NCBI GenBank assembly: GCA_001724265.1 | Contig: MEDY01000222.1 | Coordinates: 1-48,251 of the forward strand | DNA: 48,251 nucleotides | Source of the DNA: Rhizaria sp. SCN 62-66 | Lineage: Eukaryota | Direction: 5' to 3' | In this document: positions 13,101 to 24,700 of the stretch, piece by piece | How the letters are laid out: every line of letters begins with the position of its first letter | Numbering within the stretch: the stretch's first letter is position 1 | The notes under the pieces: generated by a model | The model's database searches: none | The model's input: the letters and a program-made list of their open reading frames with translations, nothing else | What the model was told of the DNA's origin: nothing | Translations under genes and position numbers: made by a program

Positions 13101-16100
13101 AGGCCGATGACCTGGACGTGTGGTCCTTCACGACCAAGGGCTCTGTGACGACGATCCAGTCCCGTTCCGACGGCAAGCAGGGCATGGAGCTCGACAAGGA
13201 CGACCTCATTCAGGAGGCCGTTCTGCGCGCCACCAAGGGCGACAAGCTCCTGCAGACCAAGCTCAAGTATCTGCACCACCCGCACGACCCCGAGCTCAAT
13301 GAGGACGAGAAGCGCGTTATGAACGAGCTCACCAACTACTTCGACTACGAAGAGATCGACTTCCACACGCTGTACAAGAAGATGGAGGAGATGGGCAAGA
13401 AGATGCGCGAGAACTTCTCCCGCCAGTCCGAGCTGCTGCACATCTTCTACTTCAAGACGGAGCAGGAGCTCGAGCACCTTAAGTCGCTGCTCTCGATCAA
13501 GATCCACGTCCAGATGCAGCGCACCGGCGAGGGTTTTGCCGAGGCTGTGAACCGCCTCGTCTCCGGTGAGCTCTTTTCGCGCCAGGCATTTAGCAACATC
13601 TACTCGCAGTCCGTGTCCAAGGTGCAGAACATGCTCGACGACCTCCACACGCTCATCCTCGGCATGTCCATCGACTGCAACATCGACCCCATCATGCAGC
13701 TGCTCAAGGAGTTCCACGACGTTGCCAAGCAGTCTGAGCAGCGCCTGCTGCACGAGCGCTCGCGCCGCAAGACCTTTGCCGCGCACGTCGAGATCGTCGG
13801 CCGCGACATCGTCCAGATGCTCGCAGACCAGGTACGTAAATACGCACACCATATCTCGATACATGTACTCGATGAGAAATCAGTATTAACTTAGTGCGAT
13901 AATTTGTATCGTCTTTATTTTTTAGAAGTCTTAGTTCAATCTGACTTAATATTTACTTGATTTCTCGTATCTTTTTCGACAACTACAGGACCAGAAGGAA
14001 GGCGAGGTCAACGACGACTATTGGCACACAATCCTCTTCTTTGACGCCCAGGTCCAGGAGATGCGCTCCACGATGCAGGCGCGCCGCAACATGCACCTCG
14101 CTGAGATGTCTCAGGTCATGAACGAGGAGGACCGCCGTCTGGAGCAGATGCAGTACCACCGCGCCATGGCCGAGCTCGTCCATCTCATCCAGGTATGCCT
14201 ATCTACAACAACAAAGATAACACTGTCCAATTTTACATCTTAACTCAAATGTGTATTATTACTACTAAAGCTTGATCGCTCTATTTTATTCCCAAACTCT
14301 TGCATCTATCTCACTCGATCCCACCCCTTTCGTGTAACCTTGTCACCTTTGCGATCGCATTTTTTAGGTTGAGCTCAAGAACATCCTGGAGCGTCTCGTG
14401 GTGGCCGACGTGCTGGGCACGATGGACCGCTACGACGTTGAGGCCCACGACCTGTGGGTGATGATCCACCAGAGCATGATCACGGACCGTCTCCACGCTC
14501 TGCGCAACCCGACCGAGGGCCGCTTCTTCCGCGGGATCAACCCCGACCTGGCCAAGGTCCTTACAGGCTGCATGGGCATGCTGCGCTCCGGTATCAAGGT
14601 CAACCCCAAGACTGCATGCTACGAGCCCCGCGCGCCGTTCGACCCGTCTGACCCGTTCCAGACCATCACGGACCCCGGAGATGTGTACCGCGAGTGGTAC
14701 GAGCAGCAGCTGCAGCACGCCATCGAGCAGATGCGCTTCGAGGCTGACGAGGCCCGGCGCGAGGCTGAGGAGGAGGAGCTGCGTCGCCGCGAGGCCGAGG
14801 ACGAGGCCCGGCTGGCTGAGGAGCGCGCGCTCGAGGCCGACATCGAGGCCCGCCGCATGGTACTTCTTAGCAACAAAGATATATCGCTATAATTATCCCT
14901 GAGTTGCATAATTCTACATAATTTAAATGTTAGTTGTGGTTATATATCTATATATTTTGTTTTTCTTTCAAAAAACTCACATATCCCTTCACTGTATACT
15001 CTTTTGTCTCTTTTTAACAGGACTTGCAAGAGGACCGTGGCGTCAACGTCGACTCAATCCTGCAGGACATTCAGCAGCGCAACGAGGACGACGAGGATGT
15101 GCGCGCTGTTACCGATACGCTCGAGAAGGACCAGACCGAGCTTCTCGCGACTCTGATGGCCAAGCGCGCCGCGATCGAGAACGACCCCACTCTGGACCCC
15201 TCTGAGAAGGAGCGTCTGCTTAAGGTGTGGGACGACAAGATCAATATGCTGCAACAGATGCTCAAGGACGAGGCGCTGTCGCTGATCACCTACCTCCAGG
15301 CCGAGTCCAAGCCCGAGCCTGCGGCCGAGACCGCCCTGACCGGCAACATCGACGGCGGCGCTGACGCCGAGCTGGCCCCCAGCGTCCGCGAGCTTGAGCT
15401 CAACGCCGAGCTGCTTCTCGTCAAGTCCCAGCTCGAGTGCATGCGCGAGGAGCTCACCAACATTTCCGCCGTGCCGGCCCCCGGTGGCGAGACCGGCGAC
15501 GCCGACAACGGCGACGGCGAGCACGACGATGACCCCGAGGCGATGCTTAACGCCAAGGAGAACGAAATGCTCGCCTTCGAGCGCGCCAACGCTAAGAAGC
15601 TCCAGGTACGCGCATTTGACACATTTAAACAAAGCCTTTTCAATGTGAAGTTACTGTATTCTATACTGTGTGTGTCTTATAATCATGTTTTTAATCTCAT
15701 CTGCTTAATTCCAATCTCTTTTATTGATTCCTTGACGCCCTGTACAGGAGCTCGACGACATCCTGCGCAAGCGCCGTGAGAACGGCCTGATCGGCGACAT
15801 GGTTGGCCTTGAAGACGACGACGGCGCCCTTAACGACGAGTACCGCGCTCTCCAGCAGGCCCGTCTGGCGCACGAGGAAGAGCTCATCGCCGCCCGCAAG
15901 CGCGTCGAGGCCAAGCGCCAGGTACGAACAATAAGAACACACATCCAACAACAAAGATCGAGTCTATTGAAGACAATATTAAGCATGCTCTTAAATTCAC
16001 TCAGTGATTGTATAATTTTTTATTTGAACCCAACTCACTCACATCTTGTGCTCTATATAAACAACTTCTCCCATTCCCAGGACGTGCACAACCGCCAGGA

Positions 16101-19100
16101 GGCTAAGCGGCGCGCGATTGCCGAGGCCGAAGCCCGCGAAGCCGAGCTCAAGCGCGAGCTTCTGGACGCCGACGACGACGAAGACCTCGACGACCTGGAC
16201 GACGAGCAGCGCATGGTTGAGCGCAAGCGCCGGTTCGAAGACTCGCAGCGCTCGCGCCGCGACGCCGAGCTGGCGCGGCTCGAGGAGGAGCAGCGCCGCG
16301 CGCTGGCGCATGCCACGGACGCGTCCGAGGCCAAGCGGCTGGTGAAGGAGTTCGAGGCGAACAAGCTGGCGATGATGCGCAAGCTGGCCTCGGACGAGGA
16401 CGCCCAGCGCGCGAAACTCGACGAGGCGCTCAAGCGCCGCGATGAGGCCCGGCGCAAGGCGCAGGCGCGCGCGAACGAGACGCCCGAGGAACGGATCCAG
16501 CGCAAGACGCGCGTGATGACGGCGATCGCGCACGGCGATCAGCCCGACGACGAGGATCAGCTCACGCCGCGCCCCACGGCGCGCGAGCTCGTCATCGAGG
16601 GCGAGGACGAAGAGGCGATCCTCGCCAAGATGGCGCAGGCCGAGCGCGAAGCGTATCTCCAGCGCAAGGCTGAGCGCGAGAAGGATCGTGAGCTGCAGAT
16701 GCAGCGCCGCAAGGACGCCCGCCGCAAGCGCCTCGAGGCGCAGGTACGTTTATTGAATATCGTATAAATGTTTATTTAAAATTGTGCACTCAATGTGAAT
16801 ATCTATTTGAATATGTTATAGTCTTGCACATCACTTAACATCTATACTCTCTTAATTGCCTCTCTGTTTCGTTTCACTGCACTGCCTGTTTAGGAGAAGG
16901 AGGACCTCGAGCGCGAGAAGACCAAGGAGATGGAACGCCTCCAGCGCATCCACCACGACCTGGAGCTTGACCTTATCGAGGACTCCCTCCTCAAGGAGCT
17001 CGAAGTCGAGACGCGCGCACTCGTCGACGAAGCCATGGGCATCGCCGGGCTCGAGATCTACAACACGCTCTCTGCGCACGCGCGCAAGCTGGGTGTTGAG
17101 AGCAAGATCGAGCGCGTCAAGCAGCAGCTTGAGGACGCCAAGGAGGCCAACGAGGAGCGTACCATGGAGGAGGCGCAGCGTCTGCTCAAGCAGGCCGCGA
17201 AGGAGAAGGAGGACCTCCAGCTCCAGCTCGACGCCGAGCAGGACCGCCAGGTACGACATATATTCCGCTAAAATAACACCGTATAACATATAACCTTTAC
17301 AACGCGACTTGTTTATATCTGCACCCCTATTTTCACTCCGATACTCACTCATCTTGTGTGTTATATATCGATCTCATTCGTTCCGAGTTTAGGCTAAACT
17401 GCTGCACGAGCGCCTCGAGGCGCGCCGCAAGCAGAACACGTCTAAGCTGCGCGACGAGCGCGAGCGCCGCAAGAAGGACGAAGCGGCCCGTCTCGAGGAC
17501 GCCCAGCGCTCGACTGAGCTTAACGCTGACCTGCAGGCGGTCAAGGTGTCGCTGGGCCTGCTGCCCGAGCATCAGCGCCGGTCTGAGGCGCGCCGCGTGA
17601 TCGAGAGTGAGCTGCACGACCGCCACACCCGGGAGAAGAAGGACGTGCTTGCGACGCAGTCGGCCGAGCGCCGCATGTTCTGGAAGGAGAAGATGCTCGA
17701 GAACACTGATGCGGACCCGGATCAGGTGCAGGCGTTGGCGGCGCAGCAGTTCGACAAGGGCCACTCGTCGCAGCTTAACGAGCTCGAGGCGCGGCAGATG
17801 GAGGACGTCAAGGCGCTGTTCCTGAAGCTGTTTCCCGACGCCGACTTCGCGGGCGCCGAGTGGAACGTCGACGCCGGCAAACACGCGATCGAGGAGATGG
17901 CGCGCAAGAAGCAGGCTCTGCTCGACGAGGAGAAGCGCCGCAAGGAGGAGGAGTTCGAGCGCAAGAAGAAGGAGCTCGAGGAGAAGGAGCGCAAGCTCGA
18001 GGAAGAGCAGCGCAAGAAGCTCGAGCAGCTGCAGAGCAAGAAGGCTTCCGACGACGCCGAGTACAGCAAGCTGCTAGCGGACCACGACGAGAAGCTCATG
18101 CAGAACCACCGTGCTCTGCTCGAGCGCAAGAAGCAGCAGTACGTCAACAAAACATGTTTTATCGTTCAACATATAATTTAAATGTAAAATGCACGTATTT
18201 ATTATATCAAAGTTATATTTCTTTGCAACTCGCTCACATCCTACGTTCTATCTATCTCTCTCCGTATATCTCGTCGCAACGCCCACCTTAGGCTCGCGGC
18301 CGAGATGGCGGCGGTGAACCAGCAGGACGACGACATGCGGCGCCGCATGGTGCAGCAGCATCAGGACGAGATGGCGCGCTACGAGGCCGCGCTCAAGGAC
18401 GAGTACCAGCGCCAGAAGCAGGCCATGGTGAAGCGTCTTCAGGCGCGCCGTGCACTGCAGCAGCAGCGCAAGGTCGAGGACGCACGCAAGAAGAAGGACG
18501 AGGAGAAGCGCCGCGCCGCCGCCGCCGACAAGGTGGTCGAGGCGACCAACCCGCTCTCCGGTGCCGCGCCCGGCTCGGACCCTCTGTCCCTCAACGCGAC
18601 GGCGGGCAACACGAACAGCAACGGGGCCATTGCCGGCCTCTCTGCTGCCTTCGGTTCCCCGCTTGCGAACTCCTTCGCCTCCGCGGCGGCCGTGGCGCCG
18701 CCCGCGGCCGGCGCGGCGCACGCGCTGCGGCGCACGCGCACGAACCGTCGCGCGGGCTCGGCCGCGACGGGCGAGCGCCCCGTGGGCATGACGCCCGAGC
18801 AGTGGGACCAGAAGCTCAAGGCGGAGAAGGAGGAGCGCGACCGGCGCCAGCAGGAGTTGGAGCTCAAGGCCAAGTCGTTCGAGCTGCATGCTAAGACCGA
18901 GGCCGAGCAGGGCGCGACGCGCGAGGCGATGGCCGAGAAGCTGGCCAAGATCGAGGTCATCGTCGAGCGCCTCGATGCCGAGGCCGCCGCGTGGCGTGAG
19001 GGCTACTACGTCGACGAGAAGGAGGCCTTCATTAAGCCGCTGCGCGCGGCCAACTTCGACCGCGACGACCTCGACTTCGACGGCGTCGTCGAGCAGGTCC

Positions 19101-20521
19101 TGCCGCCGGAGCCCAAGCCCATCGCGGCCATGACTGCGCGCGAGTTCGTCCTCTACCGCTTCGGCGCCGCGCTCATCAAGCTGCTCACGGAGCAGGGCCT
19201 CGTGTCCGCGCCCCCCGCGGCCCAGCGCGCCGTGGGCAACGACGCAATCGCACTCATGATTGCCACCGGCCTCCCGCAGAGCAAGTTCAAGAAGGTCGCG
19301 TTCCCCAACTCGTACCAGTACGACGTCAACACCAACCGGCTGTGGCTGCGCCACGAGCGGCTCGTCGAGACCGGCGAGTTCGTGCTCGTGCTGCTCCACG
19401 CTCTGGCGCACATCCACGTCACGCGCGACGGCGACGAGTGGGATGACCGCTCCCCCGTGTTTTTGGCGCAGTTCTACAAGCTGCTGCGCCTCGTGTGCTC
19501 CGACATGTTCTTCTCGCGCTCCCGCGGCGCGCTCCACTACGTCGGCGAGCCCACCGCCGCCGCTGTCCCCGCTATCGCCCACTCTGCCGGCTCTTCTGCT
19601 GCTGCGGCTGCCGAGGACGAGTCCAAGGACGGCGACCTCGCGACGGACGAGTCGGCCGTGTCGCTGCTGCCGACGACGTACGAGCCTCGTCTGCCGAAGC
19701 TCACCGAGTTCGCGCTCGAGACGGTGGACTTCACCACTGCCGTGGACAATCACGAGGAGACTCTGCAGCCCGCCGTGGACGATCTCATCGACATCCACGT
19801 CTCGCTCGTCGACAACCACTCGGCCGCGATCGACGCCTCGGCGGCCTTCTCGCAGCACAGCGGGTCCAGCTCGGCCGTGATCGCCGCCAGCAACGGCATG
19901 GGCTACTTCGCCACGGCCGCGATGCTGCGCCGCATCGACGAGTACCAGGGCTTCGCGTCCTCGGCCCGCATGCGCGACTTCCTCGTCCGCGTCGAGCACA
20001 AGGCCGCCGGCTACGACCGCACCCGCGAAGTGCTCGCGCGCGACGTGTACAAGACGCAGACCAACGTCGTCGCCCGTGTGGCGTCGCGCGAGAACGAGCA
20101 CCGCCTCGCGTCGGAGCGCCACGACGACAAGGTGCCCGTCACGCAGCTCAGCAACCTCGCCGACGAGCTCAACCGCCAGTTCCTCTCAGTCGTCGACCAG
20201 CTCTACGAGTCCTCGGCGCGCCTCCAGCGGCTGCACAAGAGTTCGGGCGACGGTTCGCTGTCCATCGCCAAGCGCGCCGACCTCAACGACAAAATCGCTG
20301 CCGAGAAGGTCGTCATGGCGCGCCTCGACCGCGAGCGTCAGGTCACCATCCAGCGCCTGCGCCACCTCGAGAACAAGGACATCCCGGCCTCGGCCAGCAC
20401 CAAGGAGAAGCGCATGGACGCCGAGAACTACCTCAACGACGGCAAGGCTGCTCAGGTCCGCGCGGATGAGGCCAACAAGCGCGCCGGCGAGCTCGGTGAC
20501 GACCTCGATGTCGCGCTGTGA
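10144..20521 (+). CDS. ~2994-aa type-I membrane protein: signal peptide, GCC2/GCC3 (ephrin-receptor-like) Cys-rich repeats, one TM helix, long cytoplasmic coiled coil and a globular C-terminal domain
   Basis: Exons: 10144-12948, 13103-13831, 13989-14192, 14368-14859, 15021-15605, 15748-15921, 16081-16743, 16894-17250, 17393-18138, 18292-20521. All introns are GT-AG and frame-consistent (total 8985 nt). The protein has a hydrophobic N-terminus (MWCSRYFLSLVLLASLVLSVLPFSAA), many CPAG(H/Y/T)xCP repeats, a TM segment (LIGILLAIFVVLILIILFSLCCL) and E/K/R-rich helical exons. It ends in TGA. Confidence 0.85.
12949..18291 (+). other. Nine spliceosomal introns of the large membrane-protein gene
   Basis: 12949-13102, 13832-13988, 14193-14367, 14860-15020, 15606-15747, 15922-16080, 16744-16893, 17251-17392, 18139-18291. 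All are AT-rich, GT-AG and 142-175 nt. Confidence 0.88.
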
Positions 20522-21715
20522 GCTGTGAGCTGTAAAGCTAAGCCGCCATACGTAGATAAGTTAGTGAAAATCACGAAGTAAGGGCCAGCTGCTGTGTATG
20601 CTATGCGAGTGTAACAGTGGCGGCATTCTTTACATTTTTGGAAGATTGTTTTGATTTTGTCTGTTCCTAAATTCTGTATTTTAAACGCAGTCTTGAGTGT
20701 TTGGTGCTCTGGGAGGTTGTTGCTTTCGTGCTTCTTTTCTTTTTCTTCAGTTTCGTCGCCGTTCTGTTTCTTATCGCTTTTGCTGTGGTTGCTTCGGGGT
20801 CGCTTTGGTTTTGTTATTGGCTCTGTTCTTGTTTGTTATCTAAGCCTGCGTATAGGAGGTGTTATGCGTGTTGCGTGAGTATGTATGATTGTGTGCATTA
20901 ACGCACACGCGCACTTCTCACTCAGTATCGCTCTTGCTTGATCTCTTTTTCAGTATTGACGTTCTAGTACTTCGCATTAGCCGTGCATATTGTTTCCCTT
21001 TTTGTTTTTGCCTGATAGCCCGCTGTGTGAGTGTGTTGGTGTTTAGTGTGTGGTTGTTGATGTTGCTGTACCGATGGAGTAAAGGTGCAACAGCAGATGA
21101 CGCGGCCACATGCGACACTAACACGAACGCGCTATGCGTGCTATCCAAAACAATTCGCAACAGCTAATGCAGAGTACTTGATGACTCTACTTGTGGAGAA
21201 TGCGTGAATGCGAGTGTGTCTTAACACGCGTACACAGCAAGCGTAGATAAATGCAAGAACAACCAGCACTCCAACCAATTGCGATTTCAAGAACAACAGC
21301 AGCAATAACACAGTGACACAGTGACAGAATGATGACGGCATGAAAGCAACGGCTATCGTGGAGCGCCTACACAAGACCAGGCTGTTGTGCTGCAACAATA
21401 GTGGTAATATCAACCAAAGCTCTATTAACTATTTTAGAGAGCCATCAAACATATATTTTGTTTTGTACGTATTATGTATGAAACGTCGTGTTAATGACGT
21501 GATATAAGTGAGTTGCTTTGCTTGCTGTACGTCGGAGCTGCTTTGCCGTGGCTTTAAGAGGCAAGAGATCAACAACTACAATAACAACAAATAATAATAA
21601 AATCACTTAAAATTTCAATCATATCTCCAAGCTTTTGTTAATAACGATCATAATATGTATTGTATTGACGTGTACGTCCATAATTTAGCTTAAGAAGCAC
21701 ATAGAGCGTTTGAGC

Positions 21716-24700
21716 TTAGAGGATGTTGAATTGGTCGTAGAGCACCCTGCGCACGCGCATGGCATCATCACATGCGATACCCTCGATATCAAAGCCCTCG
21801 GACAGCGACACAACGCAACTGCTGCTGCCATCGGTGTCGCGGACATCGTCGTCGAGCATACTGCGAACAACGCTCTCGTTGCTCTGCAACTCCTCCTCGT
21901 CGTCGCCCATCACGATCGTGCCCGCGACCGCCGCAGTCGCGCGCTTGCGCTGCGCCGCGATGCGAGCAGCGAGCTCTTTCGCGCGCTTCACAGCAGCCAC
22001 CGGCCCCACCGCAGCGGCGGCGTTAGAACCCCCGCTGAGCATTGCATGCCCGCGCTTCAGCGCAGCAACAACAGCGTCGGTGGCGGGGTTCGCGTGCGAG
22101 ACGTTGTCCCACGCGGCGGTCTCGGCGCGCGCGAGCGCGAGCTTGCGGGCGGCAATGACCGTGGTCTGCTGCGCGTTGCGCTTGATGATGCGCACGAGCC
22201 CTTCCTTGCCGCAGACGAGAACTTTGCCGGCGTCGCCGTCGTCCTCGCCCTGGCCCTGCTGCTGCTGCTGCTGGTCCTGCATCTGCTGCTGTTGCTGCGA
22301 TAGGGCGGCGCGCGCGAGCCCGCCGTCGCGCGTCGCCGCGTAGCGCGTGTCGTTGATGATTGCGCTGGGAATGTCGCACTCGGCAAGCGCCTTGGAGATC
22401 TCGACCAGACTCGGCATGCCCACGCGCACGCCGACCAGCGGCCGCGGCCGCGCGTGCGCGAGCACAGCCGTGCGCGCCGCGGCGCCCTCCGCACCCGCCG
22501 GCGGCGGCGCCAGCGTCAGCGCGGAGCCGGCCGCCGCAACGCCCGCGGGCAGCGAGAGCACTGGCAGCGGGCCCAGCCGCGAGCCGTCAACGGTAAGCTG
22601 CAGCTGTGCCCACGCCACGCTGTGCTCCTCCAAGTTCGCCCCGCCGCGCCACAGGTTGGAGTTGGCCGCGGCCTCGGCGGCGGCGGCGGCCTCGCTGGCG
22701 TCGGCGCCCCCGGCCACGGCGGCCGCGCCCTCGTCGGTGGCGATCGCCGTCGTATCGAGCGCGCCCGTGGCGGCCAGGAACGCGCGCTCGAGCGCGGGCC
22801 CCACGGCGCGCGAGAAGGCGAGCGTGCGCACGGTGGCGCCCGTCGACACCTCAACCGTCTGGTTGCACTCGGGCACGACCACGGAGTTCGATAAGGCGCT
22901 GTTGCTGGCGGCCGCGGCGCGGCCGACCTCCTCCTTGACCGCAACCGCAGCAGCGGCAGCGGCAGCAGCAGAGTCAGCGGGGGAAGCAGCGAGGCCGGCC
23001 TCTTGCTTGACGCCGGGCTCTGCCTTCACGTCCGCGGCCGCAGCCTTGCTCACAGCCGCCGCCGCCGCAGCCGCCGCGCTGGCAGCCACCGCCGCGGACA
23101 CGGCGGCCTGCGCCTGTGATCCCGAGGCGGCGGCCGTGGCCATGCGCAGGCACTCAGTCTGCAGCGCGCGGCGTGCCGCAGGGGTGCCGCGCGCGATGAC
23201 GACCTTGCGGGGCGCCATGTTCTTGATGATGTTGAGGATCGAGGGCCCGTCGGAGCGGCCGTCGAGCGGGACGTACTCGACGCGCGCGCTGCACCGCAGG
23301 CCCGTCGTGCGGAGTGCCTCGGTGAAGACATTCGACACGGACACGATCGGGGCGGACGACGCGCTGCTCGCGGCTTGCGAGCTGCTCATAAGCGTGTGAG
23401 TGCTCGTGTTGGCAGAGATGATGCGGGGGCCGAGCGCGGAGAGCGTGGCCGACAGCAGCGCGGCAGGAGACTGCGCGCCGGCAGCGACAGCACTCGCGCT
23501 CGCGCTCGCGCTGGCAGCAACGGTGTCGCCGGCAGCTGTCGCGCTGTGATCATCCTCGGGAGACGGCACAGCGGCCTCTGCGGCGCCGTTCGCTGCGGGA
23601 GCGGCTGCCTTGGCCGGGACTGCGCCGACGTTGACAAGCGCGCGCTTCATGATCTCCGCGGGCCAGCTCAGCGACTCGATACGGCAGGGCTTCCCGTCGA
23701 CGTCGTCGTTTGTGATGCGCGCCTCCTCTTCTTGCTCTTCGCGCTCCTCCCGTGCCGCCGCCTCGGCGTCCTCGTCCAGCGCGGCGTCCGCGGCAGACGC
23801 GCCTCCCGCGCGCCCCGCCGCGGCGAGCCCGCCCTCAGGGCCGGCGCCCGAGGCGGGGATGCCCGTGCCGTAGTAGCGGCCGCCCATCTCGCCCGACGCG
23901 ATCATCGTCCTACAGATGAAAACAACACGAAAACATATGAATTATGAAAATTTAATACTAGAATTAGAATTGAGTAAATCAAGCACTTTTAAATATGCAT
24001 ATCAAAGCCCGAACAGTGCGTTTCATTTAGTTGCGTATTGTTGTTTTGTCTTGACGTACTTAGTGCGGACAAACGCCTCGCCGTACTCGCCGGTGCCTGG
24101 CGTGGCGTAGACCTGTCCGACCTCATCCCACTCCTGGTCCATCCCTGCGCTCCCGCCGGCGGCCAGCGCGGCCACCGACTGCGAGCGCGGTCCGGCCCCG
24201 ACCGCGGCGACGCGCGCCAGTGCGGTAAGATCTGCCTTCTCGCCGTAGGCGTCCCAGCCGCCGCTGCCCACGGTCGCGCCGACCGCGATCGTCGGGTCTA
24301 GCAGCGCCGGGAAGACGCCCGCCGCGGGGCCCAGCGCCGTCCCGGGGCCCGCGGGGCGCACGCCCGGCAGCACCACCGCCGCGTCCGCCGCCGTAGCAGC
24401 CGCCTGGGCGCTGGCGTCGGCCGCGGCATCGGCGGCGGCGGCGGAGCTGGAGAGCGCGAGCGCGGCGGCCGTCGCGGCCGTGACGTGTGCCGTGCCGTAG
24501 AGCCGCGCTGCCGTCGCCGCCGTGGTCGTGTAGTCGCTGTCCCGGTTGAGCGGCGCGGGCGCGAACATCGCGAACGGCGTCGCCGTCACCGAGAGGAGGG
24601 TCGAAACCGTGTTTGCGCCGGCCGCGGCGCCTGTGCTGCCGCCGCGGCCCAGGGCGCCAGCGCCAGCAGCGCCGGCGCCCGCAGCGCCAGCCGCGCCGCC

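Noticed and set aside
13826-13994. GACCAG direct repeat flanking intron 2, as a possible target-site duplication of an introner
   Set aside because: It is a single 6-nt case overlapping the CAG|G splice consensus. I saw no terminal inverted repeats and no similar duplication at the other introns.
18248-20122. 624-aa antisense ORF and many other long overlapping ORFs (e.g. 30478..31956, 10222..11268, 8614..9639, 22347..23399)
   Set aside because: These are shadow ORFs expected from high GC3 and repeats opposite or overlapping real genes, and they show no recognisable domains.
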